A stretch of DNA of 64,000 nt, from the NCBI GenBank assembly GCA_951406725.2, contig OX597817.1, positions 123,256,001 through 123,320,000 on the forward strand. The letters run 5' to 3'. Below the pieces are notes generated by a model that worked only from the letters and a program-made list of their open reading frames with translations, did no database searches and was not told the origin of the DNA. This stretch comes from Octopus vulgaris (lineage: Eukaryota). The stretch's first letter is position 1. Each line of letters starts with the position of its first letter. The position numbers and the translations under genes are program-made. Shown piece after piece: positions 27,086-40,368 of this stretch.

Positions 27086-28544
27086 GTAAAATCCTCGGAT
27101 GTGACGCTTAACGCTATTCTTTTGGCTATTTGTTTTGAATTCTTGAATGGTAGGCTTAATTTGTTACCACCACCCGATCAGCGAATTTCGCTCTGTTGCA
27201 ATTATTCCGACTACGCCTCTGGTTTGATTATAATTTACACCTATCACTCATCAGTCTCAGAGGTTATTAAAAGAAAGATCATGGCAGCTGTACTTCTATT
27301 TCTGACCAAACAGAAGATAAAATGTTTAGAGGGCAATCCTACACATTTTGTTTATAATCGCTGGTAATGCAGTGATGTGTAGGATGATAGTTGAGATCCG
27401 CATGTGACCATATGGGCTGGTTCTACTGAAAGAACTGAATTTTAAAAGAAGGAATAGATGACGTTATGGAGTATAATTAATAATGCTCAGCAAGTGCTAA
27501 ATACATTGATTGAATCTCGTATGTGGGCGTGTTCGTATTTCTCTGACTGAAACCGGTGGTTATGTCTAATGTTAATAGGAGATGCACAGAATCAGTAGAC
27601 AGGCAAAAGGATTTTCAGCTTTTAGTTGTATATCTTTATGTTCTGAACTCAGATATACAACTATTATCAACTTTTCATCCTTCTGAGGCTCATTAATTTG
27701 AGGTAGCATTTAAGTATTGAGGTAGTCATAGTCGCCTTTACCATTCGCCACTAAATGTTTGACCTTCAATGGAAGTACAAGTCTGAGATTTTTAATACAA
27801 TTGCTTATAGAACTCTATACGTATTGGCGTAAACAAAAATACATATAATTGTTTAAATATTAAACGATTCTCAGCTGCCATCTGCATGATAAACGATAGC
27901 AAAGTTACTGAAAGCAACTTCAGTGAATGAAGCATTAAAAAAAAAAACAGTTAAAGATCAAAGATTTGGCGAAAGCAATAGTTGGTAACTAATATTATCT
28001 ATTCTTTTTGAAAATTACGGGAGATAACTCATGGCTGTTTCACATTCATTAGGGATTTCCAGAGTAAGAATTATCTTGCCGGTCCCGACGATTTAGTAAT
28101 TTAATGAATAAATAAACAAACAGAATTGTATAGTTCGTGTAATGTAAATGCTTAGATTGATAACTACACGATAAATGCTTTTTGTCGCCAGCTGTATACA
28201 GATCGGTACTTTCAGAGACAGCGGGGAAATTCTTCAGGAACACTCCCTCCTCCCCAAACATAAGTATATCGTCAAACTAATGCACTAAAAGAACATTCAA
28301 TATACGAGTAGATTGTTGAAGGTATCAAAAACAAATTGGTTGAGTGCTCTCATTTGATTAGTTACAATGTCTTTTTCATATTGACGCATAAAAAAGATAT
28401 AAAATATTTTTACATTGCGGCATTTCACTGCTAAAACAGAACTGCCTGGAGGAAAATTAATATATATTACTTTTCAGGACGGCAAGGAATGAAAATCTAA
28501 AGGCACATAATTCATTCAGGTGATAGTGGTAATAAAAATTGACT

Positions 28545-28720
28545 CTAATTTGGGCACAAGGCCAGCATTTTTGTAAATGAGATAATCGATTACATCAACC
28601 CCGTTAATTGGGTGGTACTTTATTTCATCGAAACAGTGGAGCGCATGGTAAAACTGCCTTCTGCGGGTTTTGAAAAGGAAACAGCCGGAAGCAATAACGT
28701 ATGATATTTTGCCCAATGCT
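28545..28720 (-). mobile_element. SINE family A, degenerate
   Basis: TTTGGGCACAAGGCCAGC...TCGATTACATCAACCCC...TGGTACTTTATTTCATCGA. Confidence 0.6.
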
Positions 28721-29712
28721 CTATTGCACGAGTGTCAAACAGATGGTTCGTGGACGGATCCGGGTTGCAGCATGATTTAGCTCGGCAGCCACTTCAATTT
28801 TATGAAAATGAACAAAATAAAGAACCTGGAAAATATATATCACTAGCGTGCAGAATCGGAGCCCCAATAGAATCATGATTAAAGCACCCATTCCTATTCG
28901 CGAAATTAGCTCGCCATTCGGAATCTCTTGAAATTTTGTATCAGCTAATAGAATAATAACTTAGGAATCCATTCGCTTGTGTTTGTGGTAAGCTAGGAGC
29001 TTGATTGCTTCAACTGGCAGTATACCACTCCCAAATTATATCAATGACAACATTTAGATTTTATGAACATGTTTATTTATAACTGATGCTACGATTGTTA
29101 CTTTACAACAGCTAAAGCTGTTATGCTGAATACCAGTAGCTAATGTTTGAGAATATATATTTAGTGAGAGGTGATCATATTTACACGTGGTCGGAGTGAT
29201 AGGGCTAAAGGCTAAGCACGGAAGCATGAATGAAAACTCTTCCTTGTTTTTTCCATGCGTCTGGAAATATAACCATGATTTGCCGCGAAACGACAAGAGA
29301 TTCTCCATTAATGTTGTTACCACAAAATATTACCACAACATCGATTGGCTGTGATATAGGCCAAAATTGTCAAAGTCGCAATTACTTCATATACTGTGAA
29401 CTTTGCCTGTTACAAGGTTTCGAATGCTGAGTTCATACACTAAACTAAAAAGCGTTCTTTTCAAACGCAAGCATGCATTCGTGCAAATGGTTTCCAGTGG
29501 TATAAAAGCGATATTGAATTGCTTTACAGTTAAAACGGTTTATGCTTTCTATCAAGCGTTGAGCTTCTGAAGAATTCTATGCATTTTCTATTTTGATAAG
29601 TCCCGTCTGTTTTCAGTTCTACGAACTCTTGCACACATACATACATACACACAAACAAACACACACACACGCACGCACACAAACACACACTCGCTCGCAC
29701 ACACATGTACAT

Positions 29713-29767
<55 letters not shown>

Positions 29768-30227
29768 TTACAGACACATACATATATGTGTGTCTGTTTG
29801 CACACGTTTATACATAAGTGTGTGTATTTGTGTGTATGTGTGTGTGTGCGTGTTTGTATATATGTTGTGTGTGTCTCATGTAGATTAGGTTTTTTCCTCA
29901 CATCTCTTGAGACAAATTTACTTCCACCTCGGAATCATTGTCAGCCTTCATGAAGGAAAAAAAACGCAAAAAGGAACGAATGCGATTTTGCATCAGAAGC
30001 AAGGATATGATCTTTACTTTTCAGCTGTAGTAATAAAAAATACTGGATCATTATAATGATAAAGCTTCTGACAAGAAACTTATTCCGAATATTTCTAGTG
30101 GACTGAACTCTTTCACAAACGCAGCAGAATCGGGAGTTGGTGCTTTATCCTCTGGGCGGAAGATAGATTAAATCTGGTGCCCACAAACAGGCAAGGTAGG
30201 GTCGACGTAATTCTTCACAGTTGCTAT

Positions 30228-30627
30228 TTACTCTTTTACTCTTTCATTTGTTTCGTGGTCATGCTGGATAACTGCCTTTAGTTGAGCCCAGGACTAATTC
30301 TTTGTAAGCCTAGTACTTATTCTATCGGTCTCTTTTGCCGAACCGTTAAGTTACGGGGAAGTAAACACACCAGCATCGGCTGTGAAGTGATGTTGGGGAG
30401 ACAAACACAGACACACAAACATATACACAAACACACACACATATATATACATATACATATATACGACGGGCTTCTTTCAGTTTCTGTCTACCAAATCCAC
30501 TCACAAGGCTTTGGTCGGCCCGAGGCAATAGTAGAAAACACTTGCCCAAGGTACCATGCAGTGGGAGTGAACCCGGAACCTTGTGGTTCGTAAGCAAGTT
30601 ACTTACCACACAGCCACTCCTACGCCT
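30228..30627 (-). mobile_element. SINE family B (full length)
   Basis: High similarity to 3147-3604, including the head GGCGTAGGAGTGGCTGTGTGGTAAG. Confidence 0.9.
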
Positions 30628-31069
30628 AAATAATTTAAATAATTCATGAATGATTCTTGGGTTAGTCAGAAAGTATTATCAACTTCTTTTGTCGACGGTG
30701 CCGGGTTTTGTAAAGCGAACGACTTAACCACAAGGCTATACTTAAGTCCATTCAAGCCAATATCGAGATAAACAACAGCGAAGACATCTGCCTCCTAGTA
30801 TCCTTCTCTTCGACTGAGACGTTCGTTACCTCTCACACGCAATGTCTTCCTTGCATTCTTTAAAATGTGGCAGATGTAAAACTAAAAGACACGGTTATTG
30901 GCAACATAACAGCGCTTCAGTTTATTTATGTATTTATTTTCGTTTAATCTGACACACACTACAATTCCTGCCAAATTTACCACTCTAGTAATGAGACATG
31001 ACGTATCGCAAAATAACACTACCGACACACACACACACACACACATCCATTCATATATTCATATACACA

Positions 31070-31070
31070 C

Positions 31071-31106
<36 letters not shown>

Positions 31107-31111
31107 TAATA

Positions 31112-31165
<54 letters not shown>

Positions 31166-31203
31166 TGATAATAATAATAAGTATGATTATTATTATTATT
31201 ATG

Positions 31204-31277
<74 letters not shown>

Positions 31278-31345
31278 GTCATTATTATTATTATTACTTA
31301 TTATTATTGTTATCATTGTTATTATTATTATTATTATTATTATTG
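31070..31345. repeat. (AAT)n followed by (ATT)n inverted microsatellite pair
   Basis: Visible runs that switch strand at ~31180. Confidence 0.9.
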
Positions 31346-31632
31346 TATGTGCATGCATATATTTATATGTATAGATACATACATGTATACATGAATATAC
31401 ATACATATATAAATAAGTCTGTATGTATGCATGTGTGTGTGTATATATGCAGGTATGTATGTATTCATGCATGTATATATGTTATCAGTCTACTGAATTT
31501 GAAAATAATGTTGTTTGGAACCATAGAAAACATTCCAGAATTCTAAATCCAATACTGGTAATATTTGTGTATTCCTTAATTGAACTGACAAATATGACAA
31601 ACCTAAAAAAATTATTCATATAAATGAAGGAC

Positions 31633-31670
<38 letters not shown>

Positions 31671-31856
31671 GTGTGTGTGTGTGAGCGTGTGTATTATATA
31701 CACATATATATACATATATATATGTATATATGTATATATATACATATATATACACGTATATATCTACATAAATACATATATTTATACTAGTGCATCTAAA
31801 TGTAAATGTGTGCGTACACTTAGAAGAATATGTGTATACATAAACGTAGAAATGTA

Positions 31857-31898
<42 letters not shown>

Positions 31899-32459
31899 TA
31901 TAGATATACGTATAGACGTATCCGTATATATATTTATATATACATATATTTGTATGTATATAATATATAGATATACGAAGGTACATATATATATACATAT
32001 ATATATATATACATATGCATACACATCCACAGATATATATGCATTCAAACAAAATATGCATCTGTATTTTCATATGTAAATGTGTATTAGTACGTCTGGC
32101 GTAAATGCAGGGTGAGGAGAGGTTGTGTCTGTTTATTTATAGAGTAGCAGTTGAATTTGAATTATATGAAGGGAATGGGAAATAATATGAAATTCATCTG
32201 GAAAGGACAGATATTTTATAAATATATAAATAAAAGAAATAGAAGAGAAGCAGAGAGGAAAAGAAAGAGTGATTGAATAAGTGAGACAGGACGTAGTAAG
32301 AAAGAATGAAAGAAAGAATTGAAAAGATACAATAGGGAAATTCTTTTTAATGTAACATATTTCATTGTTGCTTACATGATTTAGACAGAAAGAATACACA
32401 TGTAATCCTGTTGCTAAGTGACTCTTGAATTAATAAAAAACACACAAAGAACGAAAATC

Positions 32460-33790
32460 AGAATGAGTTACCGCTGCTATCTATCAAAAAGAATAGTTCC
32501 CGCAATCATTTCTAAAAAAAGAAAAAAGAACGAAGTGTTACCACAATCATCCATCATAAAAAAAAATAGTTATTTCGCCTATCTTTCAAAATAGAAGATT
32601 TACCACTGCCAACTTTAGAAAAATAGCCATCACGATCATATCGAAAATATAAATAGTTTCCATTAACGTCTCCACCAAAAGACTTACCACTATCATGTCT
32701 TGAAATCGAAGAATTACTTCTGTGATTCCTACCAAATAAAAAACTGGCCGATAAGGGATTCTTGAATTAAAAACACACAACAGAAACCAAAAACTAAAAA
32801 TAGCTACTACAGTCATCTCTCAGAAAGGAAAAGTTAACCCAATTCTCTCTCACAAACGATGAATTATATCTATCATTTCACAGAAACGACGTGTTACCAC
32901 TATCAATTTTCAAACCTAGGAGAGACCATTATCAGCATTCTCTAACCTATAAAAATGGGACGGCTACCAAGAAGCAACTTTTCATTCTCTGGGTGGGTGA
33001 TAGTTTAAGTCTACAATCCTGCTAAGATACAGTAGATCCGACGAATTTGTGCCATATATCAGCGTTAACATTATGATCTATTGTAAACATTACAAATTAG
33101 TACCGCTATAGCTAAAGAAATAAGTGATGCTATCACTTCTAAAGAACGTATAGTCCTTATGGTGCCACAGAAAGGATAAATTATCAGTGCCAGGGCAAGT
33201 GCCAGCGTTCAAAAGAAAAATCTTACTGTTGTTATTTTTGAAATAGAATTATCACAACAATCTTTTTTAAAAATAAGAAAGAAAAATCTCAACAATGAAG
33301 CCCAAACAATAATCTCTCAAAATGAAAGTCTTCCACTATAATCTAATCGATAATCTACTATAATCTACGACATTCTTACCTTACTACTACCATTTTCAAG
33401 ACAAAAGAATATCCGCTATCACCTTTGCCTACGAAAGAATTATCACTGTCCTTTCACAAAATCGAAGAGATGTGAATGCTTTTGCTTAAGAATAAACGCG
33501 GCGAGCTGGCAGAATGGTTAGCACAACGGGCGAAAGCGTTAGCAGCATTTCACATATCTCTACCTTCTGAGTTCAAAATCCATCGGGGTTGTACTTGCAT
33601 TTCATCTATACAGGGTTAATTAGATAAGAACCAGTTGAACACTGGGGTTGATATAATCTATTTAAGCCCTTCCCAGAAATTGCTGGCATGGGGCAAACAT
33701 TTGAAACCAATGATATTTCTCAAAACCAAAGACTTATCACTGGTATCTCGCAAAAAGACGTATCTTCACAAGTCATCTCGCAAAAATTGT
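32460..33790. repeat. Cryptic, highly diverged ~30-bp tandem array
   Basis: Recurrent unit approximating GAAGARTTACCACTATCATCTYTCAAAA (e.g. near 32537, 32598, 32682, 32892, 33247, 33437, 33731). Interrupted by a SINE. Confidence 0.6.
33497..33710 (+). mobile_element. SINE family A
   Basis: GCGGCGAGCTGGCAGAATGGTTAGCAC...TTCTGAGTTCAAAATCC...CACTGGGGTTGATATAATC. Confidence 0.85.
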
Positions 33791-34229
33791 GTAGATGTAG
33801 AACTTCTATTATAAAAAGGGATATCATTATTATATTCGCAATACTAAAAGAATGGTAATATTTTTAGTTATCGAGAAATGTTCTGTAAATAAAATTTGGA
33901 TGTCATGAGATATATGTATGTAGCTGTGTAGGTACTTGGATGTGATAATATTTTTTTGCGTATGCATAGATAGGAGTGCATCTGTGTTATTGTTCCTATA
34001 CATACACATATGTGTGAGTCTGTATGTGAGCGTGATGGCTAGTACAAACATATTAGTGTATTAGTGTGGTTAATGTGTATCAAGTAAGTGCATAGCCTTG
34101 TTTGTGATTGTCACGAATGTTTGATGTATTTGGCAGTAAGAGGCTACCTCCCTAAATAAATACACATACAAACATACGTACATTTGTACGTACATACATA
34201 CATACATGCATACATACAGATATATATAT

Positions 34230-34298
<69 letters not shown>

Positions 34299-34542
34299 GC
34301 ATACACATACACACATATACTATCTATGTGTATGATGTACTTACATACTAACTTATATGTATCTCATTAATCATCTACTGAAAGACATCTAAAATGAAAT
34401 AACTAATAGCTATAAGTTATTCATTGTAATTTTCAAAGAGAATGTCTCATATTTTTACCTCTTAAATTTCTGTTAAATATTTATTGCGACATTGTGACGT
34501 GCAGTATAGTGAAGGAATTTAGTCGACAGAACGCCAACTCCG

Positions 34543-34630
<88 letters not shown>

Positions 34631-34676
34631 GAAAAAGTCAAGGTAGGAAATGCTAAAATAATTTTATAAAAAGCAT

Positions 34677-34715
34677 TTCAGCACCGGTTTCGATCATTTG
34701 ACTCTTTCAACTGTA
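34677..34715 (-). ncRNA. Degenerate U3-A8-type hammerhead motif
   Basis: TACAG-TTGAAAG-AGTCAAATGATC-GAAACCGGT-G-CTGAA. Palindromic ACCGGT helix III; the cleavage-site base is G, so probably inactive. Confidence 0.55.
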
Positions 34716-35402
34716 AGTATGGAAAACAATTAAATTTTGGAAGAATTAAATGAAAAGTTTTTTAAAAGACTATTTGCATAGTATTCAAATACAAGGGACA
34801 TTTTCCTTCTTTCTGCTTGTCTCTGTCTGTCTTGCTTACTGTTGTGGGTTCGAGGTTGTTGTGAATTCTTGGCAGTGAAGAAGGAGAAGAAGAAGAAGAA
34901 GAAGAAGAAGAAGAAGAAGAAAAAGAAGAAGAAGAAGAAGAAAAAGAAGAAGAAGAAGAAGAAGAAGAAGAAAAGAAGAACAAAAGAAGAATAAGGAGGA
35001 GGAGGAGAAAAGAATGCGTGAGTGCGTTGATAGTAGTAGGATGTTAATTGCTCAAGTGCCCTGAAAGTGACATGTTGTGGATGGTAGTAGAGATTGAATT
35101 CATGATATATCTCTTTTAAATGTATTGTTTATAATATTTGCGTATTGTTTATAATAATCTAAACAGCAGTAGTAATAAAGTAAGAAAGGGGGTGGCGGAG
35201 AGGAAGAAGATGAAGAAGCAGAAGAAGGAGAAGAAGAGAAAGAATAACAAAAGAATGCGGGATGGTATAGTAGTAGTAGGATGTTAAATAGTCAAGTGAC
35301 CTAAAAGTAACTCGTTGTGGATTATAGCAGTGATCAGGACTATTTTTAATGAATTCTTGGGTATCTCTTTTGAAGGTATCGTTTTAAATATTTTCGAGAG
35401 TA

Positions 35403-35725
35403 TTATTCTAAGGTCGTGGTGGATATACCATTTGTTGCAGATGCGTTCACAAGGGGTCTGTGTTTTATGATGAAGAAAGACTCTTTACTAATTCGTTGGC
35501 TACTGGTTGTATCGTCCCTGAATTGATAGATGGGAAAAATTTTGAAGCGTGGATTTTTGTTATTGGCGCAAATATCGATGTTGTGGCTGAATGCTATCTT
35601 TCTATTTTTTGGGGAATTATGATCTGGGATCAGTGTAAAGACATCCTTTGACGTAGACTGTTTTTTATTTGGCCTATGTATTGCTCTTGATACCCAGAGC
35701 ACGTTAGTGCGTATATCAGGTTATA
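35403..35725 (-). pseudogene. GIY-YIG endonuclease remnant (Penelope type)
   Basis: NLIYALTCSGYQEQYIGQIKNSLRQRMSLH* then a frameshift to FKIFPIYQ...QRISKESFFIIKHRPLVN (xIY-YIG, R, H, E and N motifs). Confidence 0.85.
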
Positions 35726-36074
35726 AGCAATATATTCAAAATAGATATCTCAAGAATTCAATCACTACTACCATCCTCAACAAGTCACCTTCAGGGCACT
35801 TGACGATTTAACAACCTACAACTATCAAAGCAGTCTCGCATTCTCTTCTTCTTCTTCTTCTTCTTCTTCTTCTTCTTCTTCTTCTTCTTCTTCTTCTTCT
35901 TCTTCTTCTTCTTCTTCTTCTTCACTGCCAAGAAATCACAACGATCTCGAACTCACAAGAGAGATAGAGACAGGCAAAAACAAGGGAACTGCCCCTTGTA
36001 TTTGAATAATATGCAAATATTCTTTTAAAAAACTTTTCATTTAATTCTTCCAAAATTTAATTGTTTTCCATACT

Positions 36075-36114
36075 TACAATTGAAAAAGTCTCAATGACCG
36101 AAACGGATACTGTG
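36075..36114 (+). ncRNA. Degenerate U3-A8-type hammerhead motif
   Basis: TACAA-TTGAAAA-AGTC tcaat GACC-GAAACGGAT-A-CTGTG; mirror of the 34.7-kb motif. Confidence 0.55.
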
Positions 36115-36647
36115 TTTATGTATATATATGTGTGTGTATATAGATATGCATATATGTATGTGTGTGTATATGTATATGCATGTATGTGTGTGCGAGAATG
36201 TGTGTATGCACGCATATACATATACATTCGTGCAATCACGCATGTATATACCTATAAATAAATGTGCGTATGTATTGTTGTGAATATATGTCGATTTCTG
36301 TTCATATAAGCATGCAAGTGTATTTATATAGCAATTATGCATGACACTGAATATTGAATAGCCTGAAACTTAATGTAGATTTAACAATGATTTTCAAATT
36401 ATAAGGTACATTACAAAATATATACAAATCTTTTACAAATATGCATATCTCACAATGGCAGAAAAAATATTGGTATTTTGACCCGAGTTCTTCTATATCT
36501 GTTTGTAATTCATCGGAGAACAAGTAATTTCGTTTTGGGTTTATGAGAAAACAGGGAAATTGTTACTATTGTTATCAAACACAAACCAGGACACAACTGA
36601 ATACTAAGTTAAATTTACATAACTATTCAGCTATTGGCAGTATTGTT

Positions 36648-36795
36648 AATTAATTAATTATTTAATTAATTAATTATTTAATTAATTAATTATTTAATTG
36701 ATTAATTAATTATTTAATTAATTATTTAATTAATTCATTATTTAATTAATTAATTAATTATTTAATTAATTAATTATTTAATTAATTAATTAATC
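36648..36795. repeat. (TAATTAATTATT)-type AT-only minisatellite
   Basis: Visible imperfect 12-mer repeat built from TAAT units. Confidence 0.9.
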
Positions 36796-36944
36796 ATGTA
36801 CAATATAGGGGGAATTGGAAAAATTGGAACTTAATATAGGTATACCAGCATTTTAGATCATAAGCCACAACACGAAATGTAAACATATTTAAAATATATA
36901 ATAATAATAACAATAACAACAACAGCAACAATCATAATAATAAC

Positions 36945-36999
<55 letters not shown>

Positions 37000-37900
37000 G
37001 ATAAGCGGTAGAGTCAGAAGTTTCTGCATGGACAGTATATATTTCGAAGCCAAAATACTGATACAGACCAAGTAGCAATCCATTAGTGGTCGAGAAACTC
37101 AGGACTGAATGCAGAGACTGAAGGTTTCATATTTGCGGCACAAGATCAAAGATTGCTTGCCCAAAACTACCAGGCTAACGTTCCTCAAAACGGTTCTGAC
37201 CCTAAATGCGGATTCTACAGTACATTAGGCGAAATAATAGAACAGTTCGTCTCGAATACAAAAATGGCCACAATATGGTCGGTTAGTATTTACATTGGAA
37301 AATTTGTAAACACTACAAAATCAACACTCCTGCTTACTGGTACAAATATCATGCTGAGCTAGTCATTGAACGTAAGAATGTCACTATTGTCTAGTACTTT
37401 CTAGTCAACGCCGACAGTACGGTTAGGCTAATCGACCAGACATAATCATTAAAGACTAAAGATAAAATACTTCTAGACTAATAGATGTAAGTATTCACAC
37501 TGATGAAAATATACCTGTAAAGGAATTTGACAAATTAAGAAAGTGTAAGGACCTGGAAACTGAAATACAAAAGATGTAGCCTCCTAAAGCGAGAACTGTT
37601 GCTGTTATTGTGAGTACCCTAAGTATGATAAGAAAGGGATGTCAGAAACATCTAGATAATATAGCAGGGGATCTATGTCTCAGAGAAATCCAAAATATTG
37701 TGCTGACAAGTACTGTCCACATTCTAAGAAAAAGCCTATCAATATTAATGTATGTGTTGTATTACACGAAGGTATTTTGCTACTGCTCCTGTTACTTGCC
37801 CCTCCCCAAGCTTCCAGTCATACTGTGACATCTCTCATCCTTCACTCACCATAGGATGCTGGGTGTGCCTCGGCAAGTGATTGTAACAAACATGCAGATT
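37000..37900 (+). mobile_element. 5'-truncated R4/Dong-type LINE, second (older) subfamily
   Basis: KFLHGQY...SGLNAETEGFIFAAQDQRLLAQNY...DPKC, RPDIII, REIQNIVLTSTVHILRKSLS. Flanked by (AAT)n on both sides. Confidence 0.85.
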
Positions 37901-37907
37901 AAAAGTA

Positions 37908-38030
<123 letters not shown>

Positions 38031-38034
38031 AATA

Positions 38035-39690
38035 ACGATCAGCCACCTTTTATATATGGCTGACCTAAAACTATACGCTACAAATGACAAACAGCTGGAA
38101 ACACAAATAAAGACAGTTCATAGATTTACCAAAGAAATAGATATGAAATTTGGATTAGAGAAATGCACTAAAGTAACCCTGAAAAGAGGAAAACTAGTTA
38201 AGAGTAGCAACATCACACTAGATAAAACCAATGAAGTAAAAGAATTAGACCGAAGCCAAACTTACAAATACTTAGGAATCCATGAACTAGATAAGACACA
38301 ACACACACAAATGAAAGAGAAAATAAAAAAAAAGAATATTATAGACGAGTTAGATCAAAACTGAAAACAGAGCTCAATGCTAAAAACAAGATAATAGGTA
38401 TCAACACTTTAGCCGTCCCAGTTATAAGTTACAGCTACAATATCCTTAACTGGACACTAAATGAACTGACCAAAATAGATAGGAAAACAAGAAAAATAAT
38501 GACAGGATCTAGGATGCATCACCCAAAATCTGACAGAAAGGCTATATATACAACGTATAGAAGGTGGTAGAGGCCTTATACAGCCGGAAAACTACTATAA
38601 AATAACCACCATAGGACTGCAAAAATATCTACTTCAGAAGGAAGGAAAACATGCAAATAGCGGCAAAACACGAGCAAAACAAAAACTGTTCTCAGTATTT
38701 AAGGAAGCTGACAAATACAAACAAGAAATCATACCACCTAACAAATATGAAGAAGAAGAAGAAGAAGAAGAAGAAGAAGAAGAAGAAGAAGAAGAAGAAG
38801 AAGAAGAAGAAGAAGAAGAAGAAGAAGAAGAAGAAGATGAAGAAATAACAACAGCTATAAAACAAATGAAATCCAAACTAAAAATAGAACAGCAACGAAC
38901 CATGGTAAGAAAAGCTCTTTCATGGCAAATACAGGACTCAAAGCAGAGACAGAATGATTTTTAATTGCAGCACATGACCAAAGCCTCCCCACCAGAAATT
39001 ACCAAAAACATGTAATGAAAAGAAATATAACAAGTAACTGCAGAATATGTGGAGATGGACAAGAAACAATAAATCATATTATCTCTAGCTGCCCAGTCCT
39101 GGCTAAGAAGGAATATATTCACAGACACGACAGAGTTGAGACCTATATACACTGGAAATAACAACAGAAAAAAGATGGTATAGGCACACACCAGAAAAGG
39201 TCACAGAAAACGAGAAAGCAACCATACTCTGGGATATGCCAATACACACAGATAGTGAAATTAAGGCCAACAGACCAGATATAGTTATCAGAGATCATGA
39301 AACAAAAAATGTTTTCTAATTGATGTATCAATACCAGCGGATGACAACGTGTCTCTAAAAGAAATGGAGAAACTTTCAAAATACAAAGACCTGGAAATAG
39401 AGGTAACCAGAATGTGGAATCTAAAAACAGAAACAATTCCTATCATAATAGGTGCATTAGGCATGATAAAAAAATATTCAGACAAATACATAACAAAAAC
39501 ACCAGGACTTACAAACACATATAACCTACAGAAAATTGCACTACTAGGCACTGCACACATCCTACGCAGAACACTTTCCATACAATAACCATCAGAGCAT
39601 CACAACAAATCACAGCACATACCCAAGGCACACAGAGCTGCGCTCGGTAGTGAAGTGAAAGCACGATATAAAAAATATACTACTGAATGA
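38035..39690 (+). mobile_element. 5'-truncated R4/Dong-type LINE (RT C-terminal half, CCHC finger, REL endonuclease, 3' UTR)
   Basis: ISHLLYMADLKLY (YMDD mutated to YMAD), MKFGLEKC, YKYLG, EGGRGL, CRICGDGQETINHIISSC, RHD, RPDIV. Frameshifted, with an internal (GAA)n at 38749-38843. AAT flanks. Confidence 0.93.
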
Positions 39691-40337
39691 TAATGATAAT
39701 GATAATAATAATAATGATAATAATAATGATATATTCAGACAAATACATAACAAAAATAGCAATGTAAAAGCAATGTAAAAGGGGTGGAAGAACAACAACA
39801 AAATCCTGGGTAGACGAAAGGAATCGGTTATTGTACTTGTCACGAAGATAACGGATAAAAGTAATATTAAAGTCAAATTATAAAAAAGGGAAAAAATCGG
39901 GATTTATAGAACACAGAATCGATAATGTAAAAGAAAAATAATTAAGCACAGAACACAAGACCGCAGTGGATTGGCGTGTTGTAAAACTCTCTAAAACTTT
40001 AAATATAATTATAACCAATACTACACTAAATATCATTATACATAATGCATTTAGTAATGATAGTTTAATTAGCTATGTAGGTAGACATCAGTATGTTACT
40101 TCGGAGACAAATTGTTCCTGAAATTCAATCTGTCATATGTTATTAAGATGTAATAGTGTGTTAAGATAAATGACTTACAAGTCTTTATTTTGCTTAATTG
40201 AATTTCATAGATAATATTATATTTTAAATTTAGAGATAAGTTGGTTGGTTAGGAGACTCTTAAAGCTCCTCACTCATATTTCTGTTCTCCAAACAGACAA
40301 CGCTATCTACATAGCTATATATATATATTTATATGTG

Positions 40338-40368
<31 letters not shown>

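Larger units (their letters stand above)
34629..36114 (-). mobile_element. 5'-truncated Penelope-like element with inverted terminal repeat (pLTR) copies
   Basis: 34680-35090 and 35740-36114 are diverged inverted repeats, each with an HHR-like motif and a GAA tract. A GIY-YIG endonuclease remnant lies between them. Confidence 0.85.

Noticed and set aside
28727-28792. hAT/MITE-like terminus (CACGAGTGTCAAAC...)
   Set aside because: No matching opposite TIR or 8-bp TSD found.
32460-33790. CRISPR-like array interpretation of the ~30-bp periodicity
   Set aside because: Units are contiguous and degenerate with no unique spacers, there are no cas genes, and the context is eukaryotic.
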